Positions 41,475 through 58,622 of a DNA stretch of 64,000 bases are shown here, piece after piece. This DNA comes from Eledone cirrhosa (lineage: Eukaryota). Below the pieces are notes generated by a model. That model was not told the origin of the DNA, ran no database searches, and saw only the letters and a list, made by a program, of their open reading frames with translations. Numbering within the stretch: the stretch's first letter is position 1; every line of letters begins with the position of its first letter. The stretch covers positions 27,156,001-27,220,000 of the forward strand of contig OZ024746.1 of NCBI GenBank assembly GCA_964016885.1, written 5' to 3'. The translations under genes were made by a program, and so were the position numbers.

Positions 41475-42246
41475 AAGAGGATACCTTAAAAAAGCTACAG
41501 AAGGAATGCTAATGGCTGCGCAAGTGCAAGCCCTCAGAACGAAGTGGGTGAAACACCATATTGACAAGGAGGAGGCTAGCTCACTGTGTAGGATCTGTGG
41601 AGAGAGAGAGAGAGGAGACTGTGGCTTACATTGTATCCGAGTGTAAACACCTAGCCCAGACTCACTATAAAGGCTGGAGACATGATGTGATAGGCAGGGT
41701 GATCCACTGGCATCTATGCAAAGTAAACAATTTACCACATTCTGAGAAGTGGTATGAGCATAAGCCAGAGTCGGTGGTAGAAAACGATCAGGTGAAGATG
41801 CTGTGGGATTTTAGGATACAGACGGACAAGAAATTAGAAATTAGAATACAATAGGCCTGACCTGGTGGCTTTGGACAAGGAAAAAAGATCGTGTCTGATT
41901 GTAGATGTAGCCTGCCCATTTGACACGAGAGTGCAAGAAAAGGAGAGGGAGAAAATTAACCGATACCAGGACTCAAAGTGGGAGTTAAAAAGGATTTGGA
42001 ACTGCCATGAAATCAAGGTCGTCCCGATTGTCATAGGCGCACTAGGTACTATCTCAAAGAGTTTCCAAGGATGGTTAAAGAAGATTAGTCCAGCCCCGCT
42101 TTTTGGAACACTTCAAAAGGCATGCTTGCTGGGAACAGCAAGAACCCTCCGATACGTCCTGAATATCTGAGGCTGCAGGTAGCGGCTTGATACTCATTTC
42201 AATAAACTTTCCAGTTAAATAACATCAATGACTGAAACCCAAAGAA
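41475..42246 (+). mobile_element. 3' copy (zinc finger plus RLE) of the same R4/Dong-type LINE
   Basis: CRICGE..ETVAYIVSEC, RPDLVALDK..DVACPFD..; nearly identical to 40422-41167; (AAT)n flanks. Confidence 0.9.
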
Positions 42247-42273
42247 CAATAATAATAATAATAATAATAATAA

Positions 42274-42370
42274 TTGTTTCTGCTTTAGGCACAAGGCCAG
42301 CAATTACCCAGTACATTACTGGTACTTTATTTTATCGACCCCGTAAGGATGAAAGGCAAAGTTAACCTCG
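42274..42370 (-). mobile_element. SINE 3' portion
   Basis: Family core, lying between (AAT)n tracts. Confidence 0.8.
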
Positions 42371-42404
42371 ATAATAATAATAATAAAATAATAATAATGA
42401 TTAC

Positions 42405-42645
42405 TTATCGCAAATCTCAAGAAACCCGCGTATAGGAGAAATACAAAAGATAGTACTAATGGGAACTGCCCAGATACTAAGGAAGATTCTGTCAATATAA
42501 GTACATCACAAGTCTAAACACCTAAAGATGCATGTGTGTGTATGTATGTTCTTTCTTGAACATGGCGGACCTTGTTGTCTCTTGAGGTCACTGGTTGTGA
42601 CTTGGTGATAACTCGTATGAACATAAAGCAAGATAAATGCAACTG
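42405..42645 (+). mobile_element. 3' end of a second, diverged R4/Dong-type family
   Basis: Translates as IGEIQKIVLMGTAQILRKILSI*, homologous to LQKACLLGTARTLRYVLNI*; different 3' UTR; (AAT)n on both sides. Confidence 0.7.
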
Positions 42646-43315
42646 TAATAATAATAATAATAATATCAATGGTAACAACAACAACAGCAGCAACAATAGC
42701 AGCAGCATCAATAACAACAACAACAGCAACGGCAACATCAACAAAAACAGCAGCAGTAGCAACAACAAAAACAACAACAACAACAACAAGAGCAACAAAA
42801 GGATAATGATTAAAACCCGCTCTGTTTTGATATAAAATATATTGATTACCCAGATGATTAATAAATCTGTGGGAACATGGGAAAGTTATTGCATACATGG
42901 ATGGAAATATTTGAATTGTATTCTCGTGGGATTGAATTTAGTTGATGAATCACGAGTCAGGAGTCACTTTCCGAAACCTTATGATTACATCAGAAACGTA
43001 TTCACTAATAAATAATGATGATAAATGAAGATTTGTTAAAATATGTATGCTGTAAATAAAAGGTTTTTTTCCCCTACGGAAACAACGCAATAATTGATAA
43101 TGATTCTGGAGCGAGCTGCTATGTCCCATTTCCCTTAGAGCATTGTGGATTTCATATTATGAGAAATAATGATTTAGTAATTAAGAGTAAAGCAATATTC
43201 TTACATATTTCAAATTTGCAATATTTTCAACTATACTGGAGTAAATTAAATAGACTCGACTAAAAATAATAGACTGTTGTTGACATAGTTAGTTACCAAT
43301 TCACAGCTATATAGT

Positions 43316-43437
<122 letters not shown>

Positions 43438-43980
43438 TATATATATACATATATATATACACACATATTTTGATTGCTATACGTTATATCTAATAAGTAG
43501 AATTAACGATTAAGTTAACGTTTGTTTCTTCTCATTACCGAAGTAATTTTTATTAATTAAAGGGTTTTTTTCTCACACCATTATGTTAGCAACAACATTA
43601 TTTTCAACACACACAAACAAACACACATACACACACTCATACGCACACAGACATGCACACACAGGCACACTCACCCAAACACATATTTAATGTCTTATTT
43701 GGTATGTCAGGATCGGTTCAAAGTCAATGAGTTCTAACACACCTGTTATCCAGGTAATATAGTCCATATATTAAAGGGGCACTCTAATGAATGTAACATA
43801 TCAAGTGTCAGAAATTATCTGTTCAAATTCCAGCAGATTTATAAGTGTGCCCAGTATCTGTCATGCGCAGTTACACTATAGTACAAAGCAGACAACTCCC
43901 TACTTCTGAAAGAACAATAGAAACATAACTCACAATATCACAACACACATTCACACATATATGCATATATATATATATAT

Positions 43981-44952
43981 ATATCATAAAACATGTCTAC
44001 AGAATCACCAGATAAAATATATACCGTTTCCTCTCCCAATTAGCATAATTAACCATATAAAAAATCAATTAGATCAAGCTATAAGAATAAAGGCTCCTAT
44101 GAAGAAATCTCCGACAAATAACCGAAAGCAGCCCCTTCGCGGCAAATACAGCCAAATTGTATCTCAACCTAACGGGAGATTATTACATATAAAGGTTTAC
44201 ATATATATATATAAAGTCATAGATATATATGTGTTTTGCAACGGGTCACTTTGTGGCTCAATGAAGAATTAATAAATCAAATAATCAGAGCTATATATCA
44301 TAAAACATGATCTCCCGTTAGGTTGAGATACAATTTGGCTGTATTTGGCTGCGCTTTCTAGCAAAAAGCCTACCAGCTGTAAGCAACTAATCACATCCTT
44401 TCTAACTTGACCGCTGCCACGTCACGATTCTTAGCCATTTTTGAATGTATTCTTGGCGCGATCACTTTGGAAAATTAATTGTCTAAATTTGAGCTAACTC
44501 CTGAAGAACCCGAAGCTCTAGATATCCTATGTTATCGGATGTCTTAAAATGCGGACGAAACCATGGTAGAGGTAATTAAATGTGTACACTTTTCTTCTAG
44601 TTTATTTTACACCTAATTCTGTTTAGTTGACTGTATATCTGGTCGATTTATACATGCTGTCGAAATATTCGATAAATACTCCGTGGTAACCGCCGCGAAG
44701 TGGCTGCTTTCGGTTATTTGTCGGAGATTTCTTCATAGGAGCCTTTATTCTTATAGCTTGATCTAATTGATTTTTTATATGGTTAATTATGCTAATTGGG
44801 AGATGAAACGGTATATATTTTATCTGGTGATTCTGTAGACATTTTTTATGATATATAGCTCTGATTATTTGATTTATCAATTCTTCATTAAGTCACAAAG
44901 TGACCCGTTGCAAAACACATATATATCTATGACTTTATATATATATGTAAAC
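43981..44952 (+). mobile_element. Rearranged fold-back non-coding element in (TA)n, carrying a hammerhead motif (probable PLE terminal-repeat remnant)
   Basis: Segments 43981-44143, 44143-44180 and 44194-44309 have reverse complements at 44692-44855, 44310-44347 and about 44840-44952. Confidence 0.8.
44498..44571 (+). ncRNA. Minimal hammerhead ribozyme motif with an extended stem II
   Basis: CTC-CTGAAGA-acCCG..AGATATCC..GGATGTCT..CGGac-GAAA-CCATGG-TA-GAG; the base of stem II is imperfect. Confidence 0.7.
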
Positions 44953-44955
44953 ACG

Positions 44956-45051
<96 letters not shown>

Positions 45052-45074
45052 GTATATATATGTATATATATATG

Positions 45075-45427
<353 letters not shown>

Positions 45428-45726
45428 AACCACATTGAACCACACTGGCATTTGGTTGGACAATACATGCGTACCTTGACGCCTTGTGCGTGAAGGAACG
45501 TATTTCCTATTACTACTACCTCCACTAACGTTGAGAACAAATTTGGTCGTCCTGACTGCTGCTAGCAATAGCTGTGGCTAGTTCGACCTACCTCCTTTTG
45601 CCTCTATCTTTGCTACGGCCCTTGATAAACCTGTTCTACATCATCCACTCTCATCCCAGGAACAGTTTTTGATAGCGCTAGTTTGTGATTTAAATTCAGG
45701 AATTTTATATTCTTTGAATGAAAAGA

Positions 45727-45810
45727 ACCTTCTGACGAGAATCTTTCTTTGCAACGAAGGCCGTATGGTCTCCGTTTTATTTTTGGGATTCGAAACCGAT
45801 CGGTAAAGGT
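45727..45810 (+). ncRNA. Type I hammerhead ribozyme motif in a roughly 455-bp (TA)n-flanked unit (45426-45880)
   Basis: ACCTT-CTGACGA-GAATCTT..GGGATTC-GAAA-CCGATCGG-TA-AAGGT. Confidence 0.88.
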
Positions 45811-45877
45811 AACTATAGTAGGTAAAGTCAATTTTTTAAAATTTATTTTGAAACATTTTCATTATTTACTAAACCTT

Positions 45878-48480
<2,603 letters not shown>

Positions 48481-48954
48481 AATCTTTGTTGATAACAATC
48501 TATTTTCGTTTAATTTGAGAAAGAACAAATTTGTGCTTCAACTTGAAGTAAGAAAAGTACAAATAGCCGTTGCCCCCGCCTACCTTGTATTATAACAATG
48601 TTAGATTGGTTGTTTTGAGAAAATTAAAACTTAATATACTAAGTGGAGCTATAACGTCTCTAAATATCGTATTGTAATTTCAAAAATTTGACCTCATTCT
48701 TGCTAATAATAATTAGAACTGGAGAATGAGAGAGAGAGGGAGAGAGAGTGAGATGCAGAAGGTGGGAGGGAGAGGGAGAGATGCAGAAGGCGGGAGAGGG
48801 AGAGAGAGAGAGAGAGAGAGTGGTAGAGAGGATAAATGGACAAATATGTCAGTTTATCGATCATATTTTGATAGGAAGAAGAAGAAAGTGTGAAGCAAAC
48901 AAATATTAGTTTTCCATTTAAAGAGAGAGACAAGGAACTCGCTGAAAAATGTTG

Positions 48955-50282
<1,328 letters not shown>

Positions 50283-50917
50283 TATCAACGCTCTATCTTC
50301 TATTCATATGAGTCTGTGTATCTGTGAATTAGTGTGTATGTCGCTTTATCTCTGTGTTTCAGTATGTGTGTATAATGAAAATATATAAAATAAAATGAAT
50401 ATTTTCAACAATTCGGAAATATCTCTTCTTTCACAAAGAAAGTTCGGTCATAAAAGATGGCGTGACTTTTTATTCTGACAAATATATAACATAAAATATA
50501 GAAACTATCATATAAAAAAATGTATATACTCTCAAATATATAATATAAAAAATATAATATAAAATATATAAGATATAAAATATAAATATATATATATTGT
50601 CAAATATATAACATAAAATATATAAAATATAATATCCCAATAATATATAATGTCAAATATATAATATGAAATATATATATAAAAAAGAAAAGATACTGTG
50701 ATGTAGTTTTCGTTTTGTTTTCTTTTTTTTTTTTGATGTTCCAAATATAAATATAAATGTGAAAGAACCGAAGTGAATTCCATTTTCTATTGAGGTGGGG
50801 TGGTGGTGGTAGTGGGGACCTATCAGAATTTACCTTACCTGGCTCAACAGGAAAAAGAAATAACACGGGAAATGAGCAGGGAGTTAGAGCGAGTGAACGA
50901 GAGAAAGAGAGTGAGAT

Positions 50918-50955
<38 letters not shown>

Positions 50956-51519
50956 CGCGATACAAACACACAAGTACACATCCACCTACACACCTACACA
51001 CCTGCACACGTACCCCCCACACATGTAATAAATTTAACATAGAAATGGCTTCTACAGGACTAGAACTGTTTAATTCGCAGCAATTCATCTATATGTATAT
51101 GTACGATCGCTTATGAGTGTGTCTAAAAATCGTCTGATGGTTAAGGAAGTGTTCTTTAATTCGACACAGAGTGAAAGTCAGATATTCCTGTGCAAAAAAA
51201 TATGAAAGCCACTGTAGTGACCTACATTCCGCGGGCTCACATACATTCTCTGTGCGTGATTTGGCTCAGCTCAGCCAATCAGCGCCAGTAGAAGAGGATG
51301 TATCCCTACGCGTTCTGAGTGAGAAATAGCCCGCAAAGATTTGAGGACGCTATCACTTCCAGCTAGACCGTGCTAAGGTAAACACCACTTGTTCTTTTGC
51401 TCCGCCAGCACAAACAATATGTAACGACACAACAATTTTACTACGGAATTGGCTAAACGCCTCAGCCAGTCGACCGTATTTTCTCTTGTAATCTTAATTG
51501 ATTTGTTTTATTTCTCTTG

Positions 51520-52150
51520 GCATGCCAGCTCAACCTCTGTTAATAAATAATGTAAAACCAAGCTAAAGTCGTTGTCGATATTCCTATCATATCTTTCTAC
51601 CAAACTTGGTTCCTCGTGGCAACATTACAACACTTCTAAACATAACTCTCCGCTAAATTGGTGACAATATAACTACACCAAACCACCATCACTACCAACC
51701 CCAAGAGCTCTCCCTCACCCCGATGCTCTTTCAGAAGGCCAGAATCATTATCTCTTCAACAACAGTGTACAACACCCGCAGGCGTCTATGAGGCTGAAGT
51801 TAATCCACTCGACCGAATTAACAGCAGCAGGAGGTCAAAACATATGTATGTATGTTGGAGGGCTGGTTTAAAGAACACATTAGACACTCTAATAAGCAAT
51901 CGTCCACAAAGGTGGCAAGCCGCGTATGGTCACTCAAGGATACTGACGTGTATTTTTCCATTCAATGGAAAGTTATACCCAAATCCAGGCCATACGGAAA
52001 TGGAATAATGTCCTGTAAGCTGTGCATTGTTGAAAGAGTGAATATCTTGTAGTGGTTACGCAATAGTACATGCCTTAACACAAGAGCCGATATTCTTTAA
52101 TCGCTGCCCCACGCTGCGAAGTTTCTGTTACGTAACTGGAAGGACCTAGG
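51520..52150 (+). pseudogene. Heavily decayed Naiad-type PLE GIY-YIG fragment
   Basis: QQCTTPAGVYEAEV..KTYVCMLEGWFKEH..SSTKVASRVWSLKD..FSIQWKVIPKSRPY..CKLCIVERVNIL; parallels 60330-60752. Confidence 0.7.
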
Positions 52151-52729
52151 ACAACCAGAAGTTTAACCCAGACTAAACTGTCACAAACGAAAGATATGCC
52201 CCCCACACAGTCATGCTGCTTGTAGCAAATCCTTGTAAAAGGAATTTAGTATTTAGTTGGATATCTCTACGAATTTGAATAAAAGGTGTCTTCAGTGAGT
52301 GTAATTAGAAGAATATTCAGTTATGCAACACGGCTGGTGTTTGTGGCATTACTGTCGGAGATGTATGTATGTATGTATGTATGTATGTATGTATGTATGT
52401 ATGTATGTATGTATGTATGTATGTATGTATGTATGTATGTATGTATGTATGTATGTATGTATGTAGATGTGTGTGTGTGTGATGATTCTCTTGTAGAACA
52501 AATACAAATTACTTTTCTTTCTGACCACTCCTTGTTTACATTCATTATTTACATTTTTATACCCAATTCATTTAATTTGATGATTTCCTCGCCTCACCCC
52601 CTCATAATACCACCTATCTTCAATCGTTTTAATTTGACCATCCCTACACGATATCCCCCCCTATTCAAATCACCAAACAACGGCAATTAATTGAATTTGA
52701 TTTGGACATTTTTTTGTAGAAGTCCAACA

Positions 52730-55700
52730 CATCCCACACTTCCCCTCACATATACCAGGACTATATAAATCCCACACGCCTCCCCTCACATATACCAGGA
52801 CTATATAAATCCCACATGCCACCCCCTCACATATACCAGGACTATATAAATCCCACACGCCACCCTCTTACATATACCAGGACTATATAAATCCCACATG
52901 CCATCCCTTCACATATACCAGGACTATATAAATCCCACATGCCTCCCCTCACATATACCAGGATTATATAAATCCCACATGCCACCCCTTCACATATATC
53001 AGGACTATATAAATCCCACACGCCACCCCCTCACATATACCAGGATTATATAAATCCCACACGCCTCCCCTCACATATACCAGGACTATATAAATCCCAC
53101 ACGCCTCCCCTCACATATACCAAGACTACATAAATCCCACACGTCTCCCCTCTCATATACCAGGACTATATAAATCCCACACGCCACCCCCTCACATATA
53201 CCAGGACTATATAAATCCCACACGCCACCCCCTCACATATACCAGGACTATATAAATCCCACACGTCACCCCCTCACATATACCAGGACTATATAAATCC
53301 CACACACCACCCTCTCACATATACCAGGACTATATAAATCCCACACGCCACCCCCTCACATATACCAGGACTATATAAATCCCACACGCCACCCCCTCAC
53401 ATATACCAAGACTATATAAATCCCACAATGCCACCCCCTCACATATACCAGAACTATATAAATCCCACATGCCACCCCCTCACATATACCAAGACTATAT
53501 AAATCTCACACGCCTCCCCTCACATGTACCAGAACTATATAAATCCCACATGCCACCCCCTCACATATACCAAGACTACATAAATCCCACACGCCTCCCC
53601 TCACATATACCAAGACTACATAAATCCCACACGCCTCCCCTCACATATACCAGGACTATATAAATCCCTCACGCCACCCCCTCACATATACCAAGACTAT
53701 ATAAATCCCACACGCCACCCCCTCACATATACCAGGACTATATAAATCCCACACACCACCCTCTCACATATACCAAGACTATATAAATCCCACATGCTAC
53801 CCCCTCACATATACCAGGACTATATAAATCCCACACACCACCCCCTCACATATACCAAGACTATATAAATCCCACACACCACCCCCTCACATATACCAGG
53901 ATTATATAAATCCCACACCCCTCCCCTCACATATACCAGGACTATATAAATCCCACACACCACCCCCTCACATATACCAAGACTATATAAATCCCACACA
54001 CCACCCCCTCACATATACCAAGACTATATAAATCCCACACACCACCCCCTCACATATACCAGGACTATATAAATCCCACACACCACCCCCTCACATATAC
54101 CAAGACTATATAAATCCCACACACCACCCCCTCACATATACCAAGACTATATAAATCCCACACACCACCCCCTCACATATACCAGGATTATATAAATCCC
54201 ACACCCCTCCCCTCACATATACCAGGACTATATAAATCCCACACACCACCCCCTCACATATACCAAGACTATATAAATCCCACACACCACCCCCTCACAT
54301 ATACCAAGACTATATAAATCCCACACGCCTCCCCTCACATATACCAAGACTATATAAATCCCACACGCCTCCCCTCACATATACCAGGATTATATAAATC
54401 CCACATGCCACCCCTTCACATAAATCAGGACTATATAAATCCCACACGCCACCCCCTCACATATACCAGGACTATATAAATCCCACACGCCACCCCCTCA
54501 CATATACCAAGACTATATAAATCCCACACGCCACCCCCTCACATATACCAGGACTATATAAATCCCACACACCACCCTCTCACATATACCAAGACTATAT
54601 AAATCCCACATGCCACCCCCTCACATATACCAGGACTATATAAATCCCACACACCACCCCCTCACATATACCAAGACTATATAAATCCCACACACCACCC
54701 CCTCACATATACCAAGACTATATAAATCCCACACACCACCCCCTCACATATACCAAGACTATATAAATCCCACACGCCTCCCCTCACATATACCAGGACT
54801 ATATAAATCCCACACGCCTCCCCTCACATATACCAGGACTATATAAATCCCACACGCCTCCCCTCACATATACCAGGATTATATAAATCCCACATGCCTC
54901 CCCTCACATATACCAGGATTATATAAATCCCACACGCCTCCCCTCACATATACCAGGATGATATAAATCCCACATGCCACCCCCTCACATATACCAGGAC
55001 TATATAAATCCCACACACCACCCCTTCACATATACCAGGACTATATAAATCTCACATGCCTCCCCTCACATATACCAGGACTATATAAATCCCACATGCC
55101 TCCCCTCACATATACCAGGACTATATAAATCCCACATGCCACCCCTTCACATATACCAGGACTATATAAATCCCACACGCCTCCCCTCACATATACCAGG
55201 ACTATATAAATCCCACACGCCTCCCCTCACATATACCAGGACTACATAAATCCCACATGCCTCCCCTCACATATACCAGGACTATATAAATCCCACATGC
55301 CACCCCTTCACATATACCAGGACTATATAAATCCCACATGCCACCCCTTCACATATACCAGGACTATATAAATTCCACATGCCTCCCCTCACATATACCA
55401 GGACTATATAAATCCCACATGCCTCCCCTCACATATACCAGGACTATATAAATCCCACACACCACCCCTTCACATATACCAGGACTATATAAATCCCACA
55501 CACCACCCCCTCACATATACCAGGACTATATAAATCCCACATGCCACCCTCTCACATATACCAGGACTATATAAATCCCACACGCCACCCTCTCACATAT
55601 ACCAGGACTATATAAATCCCACACGCCACCCTCTCACATATACCAGGACTATATAAATCCCACACGCCACCCCCTCACATATACCAGGATTATATAAATC

Positions 55701-56912
55701 CCACATGCCACCCCCTCACATATACCAAGACTATATAAATCCCACACGCCTTCCCTCACATATACCAGGATTATATAAATCCCACATGCCACCCCCTCAC
55801 ATATACCAGGACTATATAAATCCCACACGCCTCCCCTCACATATACCAGGACTATATAAATCCCACATGCCACCCCTTCACATATACCAGCATTATATAA
55901 ATCCCACACGCCTCCCCTCACATATACCAGGACTATATAAATCCCACATGCCACCCCTTCACATATATCAGGACTATATAAATCCCACACGCCACCCCCT
56001 CACATATACCAGGATTATATAAATCCCACATGCCACCCCCTCACATATACCAAGACTATATAAATCCCACACGCCTCCCCTCACATATACCAGGATTATA
56101 TAAATCCCACATGCCACCCCCTCACATATACCAGGACTATATAAATCCCACACGCCTCCCCTCACATATACCAGGACTATATAAATCCCACATGCCACCC
56201 CCTCACATATACCAGGATTATATAAATCCCACACGCCTCCCCTCACATATACCAGGATTATATAAATCCCACACGCCTCCCCTCACATATACCAGGACTA
56301 TATAAATCCCACATGCCACCCCCTCACATATACCAGGATTATATAAATCCCACACACCACCCTCACATATACCAGGACTATATAAATCCCACATGCCACC
56401 CCCTCACATATACCAGGATTATATAAATCCCACACGCCTCCCCTCACATATACCAGGACTATATAAATCCCTCACGCCACCCCCTCACATATACCAGGAC
56501 TATATAAATCCCACACGCCTCCCCTCACATATACCAGGATTATATAAATCCCACACGCCTCCCCTCACATATACCAGGACTATATAAATCCCACATGCCA
56601 CCCCCTCACATATACCAGGATTATATAAATCCCACACGCCACCCCTTCACATAAATCAGGACTATATAAATCCCACACGCCACCCCCTCACATATACCAG
56701 GACTATATAAATCCCACACGTCACCCCCTCACATATACCAGGACTATATAAATCCCACACACCACCCTCTCACATATACCATGACTATATAAATCCCACA
56801 CGCCACCCCCTCACATAAATCAGGACTATATAAATCCCACACGCCACCCCCTCACATATACCAGGACTATATAAATCCCACACGCCACCCCCTCCCATAT
56901 ACCAGGACTATA
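52730..56912. repeat. 40/41-bp minisatellite (CACATATACCAGGACTATATAAATCCCACACGCC[AC/T]CCCCT)n, about 100 copies
   Basis: Tandem units read directly; the two length variants alternate in places to give an 81-bp (27-aa) period. Confidence 0.97.
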
Positions 56913-57142
56913 TTAACATAGATTGTGAGGAGCAAAAGATTTGAAAATTGCTATAAAAACGATAGACTTTAGGTAATGCTTCATCATTAGAGTTAACACA
57001 ACTACACTTTATAAGACACCCGATCATTACAGAGTAACAACCATCAGAGGTTTATTACTTTTCACATACATACATACATACATACATACATACAATCGTA
57101 TATTCATACATACATTCATATATACACACATATACACAGAAA

Positions 57143-57248
<106 letters not shown>

Positions 57249-57379
57249 GAGGTTATATTTAATTTGTTGGGATTCAACAAGCTTAAACATTTTTATAACT
57301 GATATAAAGCACTCAACAATTTAGTGGAGTAAATACACAATATATTAATAAATGGAAACTATATTTATAAAACCATATT

Positions 57380-57445
57380 TATTATATTATATATATTTCA
57401 AAGGCAATCAAGGCAAATTATGGTGCGCTTTCATCAGATAAAATA
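57380..57445 (-). ncRNA. Hammerhead motif, left inverted arm
   Basis: Minus strand: TATTTTAT-CTGATGA-aagcgcacca..tgattgccttt-GAAA-tatata-TA-ATATAATA. Confidence 0.7.
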
Positions 57446-58438
57446 CAGATTTGTTTTATAAATAAATATTGACATAACCGGAAAAAAAGACAACCTTAAC
57501 GGTTGGAGTTTCCTGGATAGTGGAGATAATATTTTATTGAGGGTAATACAAAGTTATCAGTGAGTATGCAAATGAGTGTCAGAAAAGTTGAAAAGATAAC
57601 GGTTTATTTAAATTAAACTGTTGGAAGAAGATGATATGTAAGGGAGAGAGAAAAAAGAAAAGGAAGGAGAAAGAGAGAAGAGGAAAGAAAGAACGATTAT
57701 ACATAGTGATAGTGAAGAAAGTCAGAGTGAATGAAGAAATAAGTTTTAATGTAAAAATATACATAGCGTAAATATATCTAAGTGAAAGAAGAAGTGAAAG
57801 AAGAAATAAGATTAAAGTGGAAGAATAAAATTTAGAATGTAGGGTTCATTACGTTGTGATTATAATATTTATAATGATAGGTTGAAAAATTAGATAAAAA
57901 ACAAAAATTAAAAATCAAATTAAAGATTAAAATTTGCCTTAATATTAAAGATTTAATTTAATATAAATATTAAAAATTAAAAATTAAAAATTAAAAATTA
58001 AAAATTAAAAATTAAAAATTAAAAATTAAAAATTAAAAATTAAAAATTAAAAATTAAAAATTAAAAATTAAAAATTAAAAATTAAAAATTAAAATTAAAA
58101 CAGAAGTATTTATATTATATTAAGATGTATTAGTAATAATATATTGGTTTAGATGTGTATGTTATGGATTATAAATTATTTAAATATATATATAGTATTT
58201 TACATTAGAGAAAATCTAGTATAGTTTATTTTATTAAATTAAGTTTGGCAAAATTATATTTATTAATAGTTGTAAGTCAAAACTTAAACATCCAAATAAT
58301 TCTAAATTTATGAAAATTTACGAGAGTTTGCAAAGGAATAACTACTTAATTATTTTATAAAAAGAGTAAGGAAGTATAAAGGAAGTTAGCAGTGATTTTT
58401 TAAGAACTCAAATGACTCCAAGGATACATAAAAAACCC

Positions 58439-58514
58439 TAAGTTGTTTTAGAAAGTCCTTATTCTTAGGTAAAGGTATGTCTTTTAGAGAAGAAGGGCTC
58501 CTAAAGAATTCCAT
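58439..58514 (-). pseudogene. Inverted N-terminus of the PLE ORF
   Basis: The minus strand translates as MEFFRSPSSLKDIPLPKNKDFLKQL, which overlaps KDFLKQL at the start of the plus-strand frame (58626). Confidence 0.8.
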
Positions 58515-58622
58515 TTTTACTCAGTTATAATTTAAAGTGCTCAATAATAAAGGAACTAAATATATGCAGAGGTTATATTTAATTTGTTGGGATTCAACAA
58601 ACTTAAACATTTTTATAACTGA

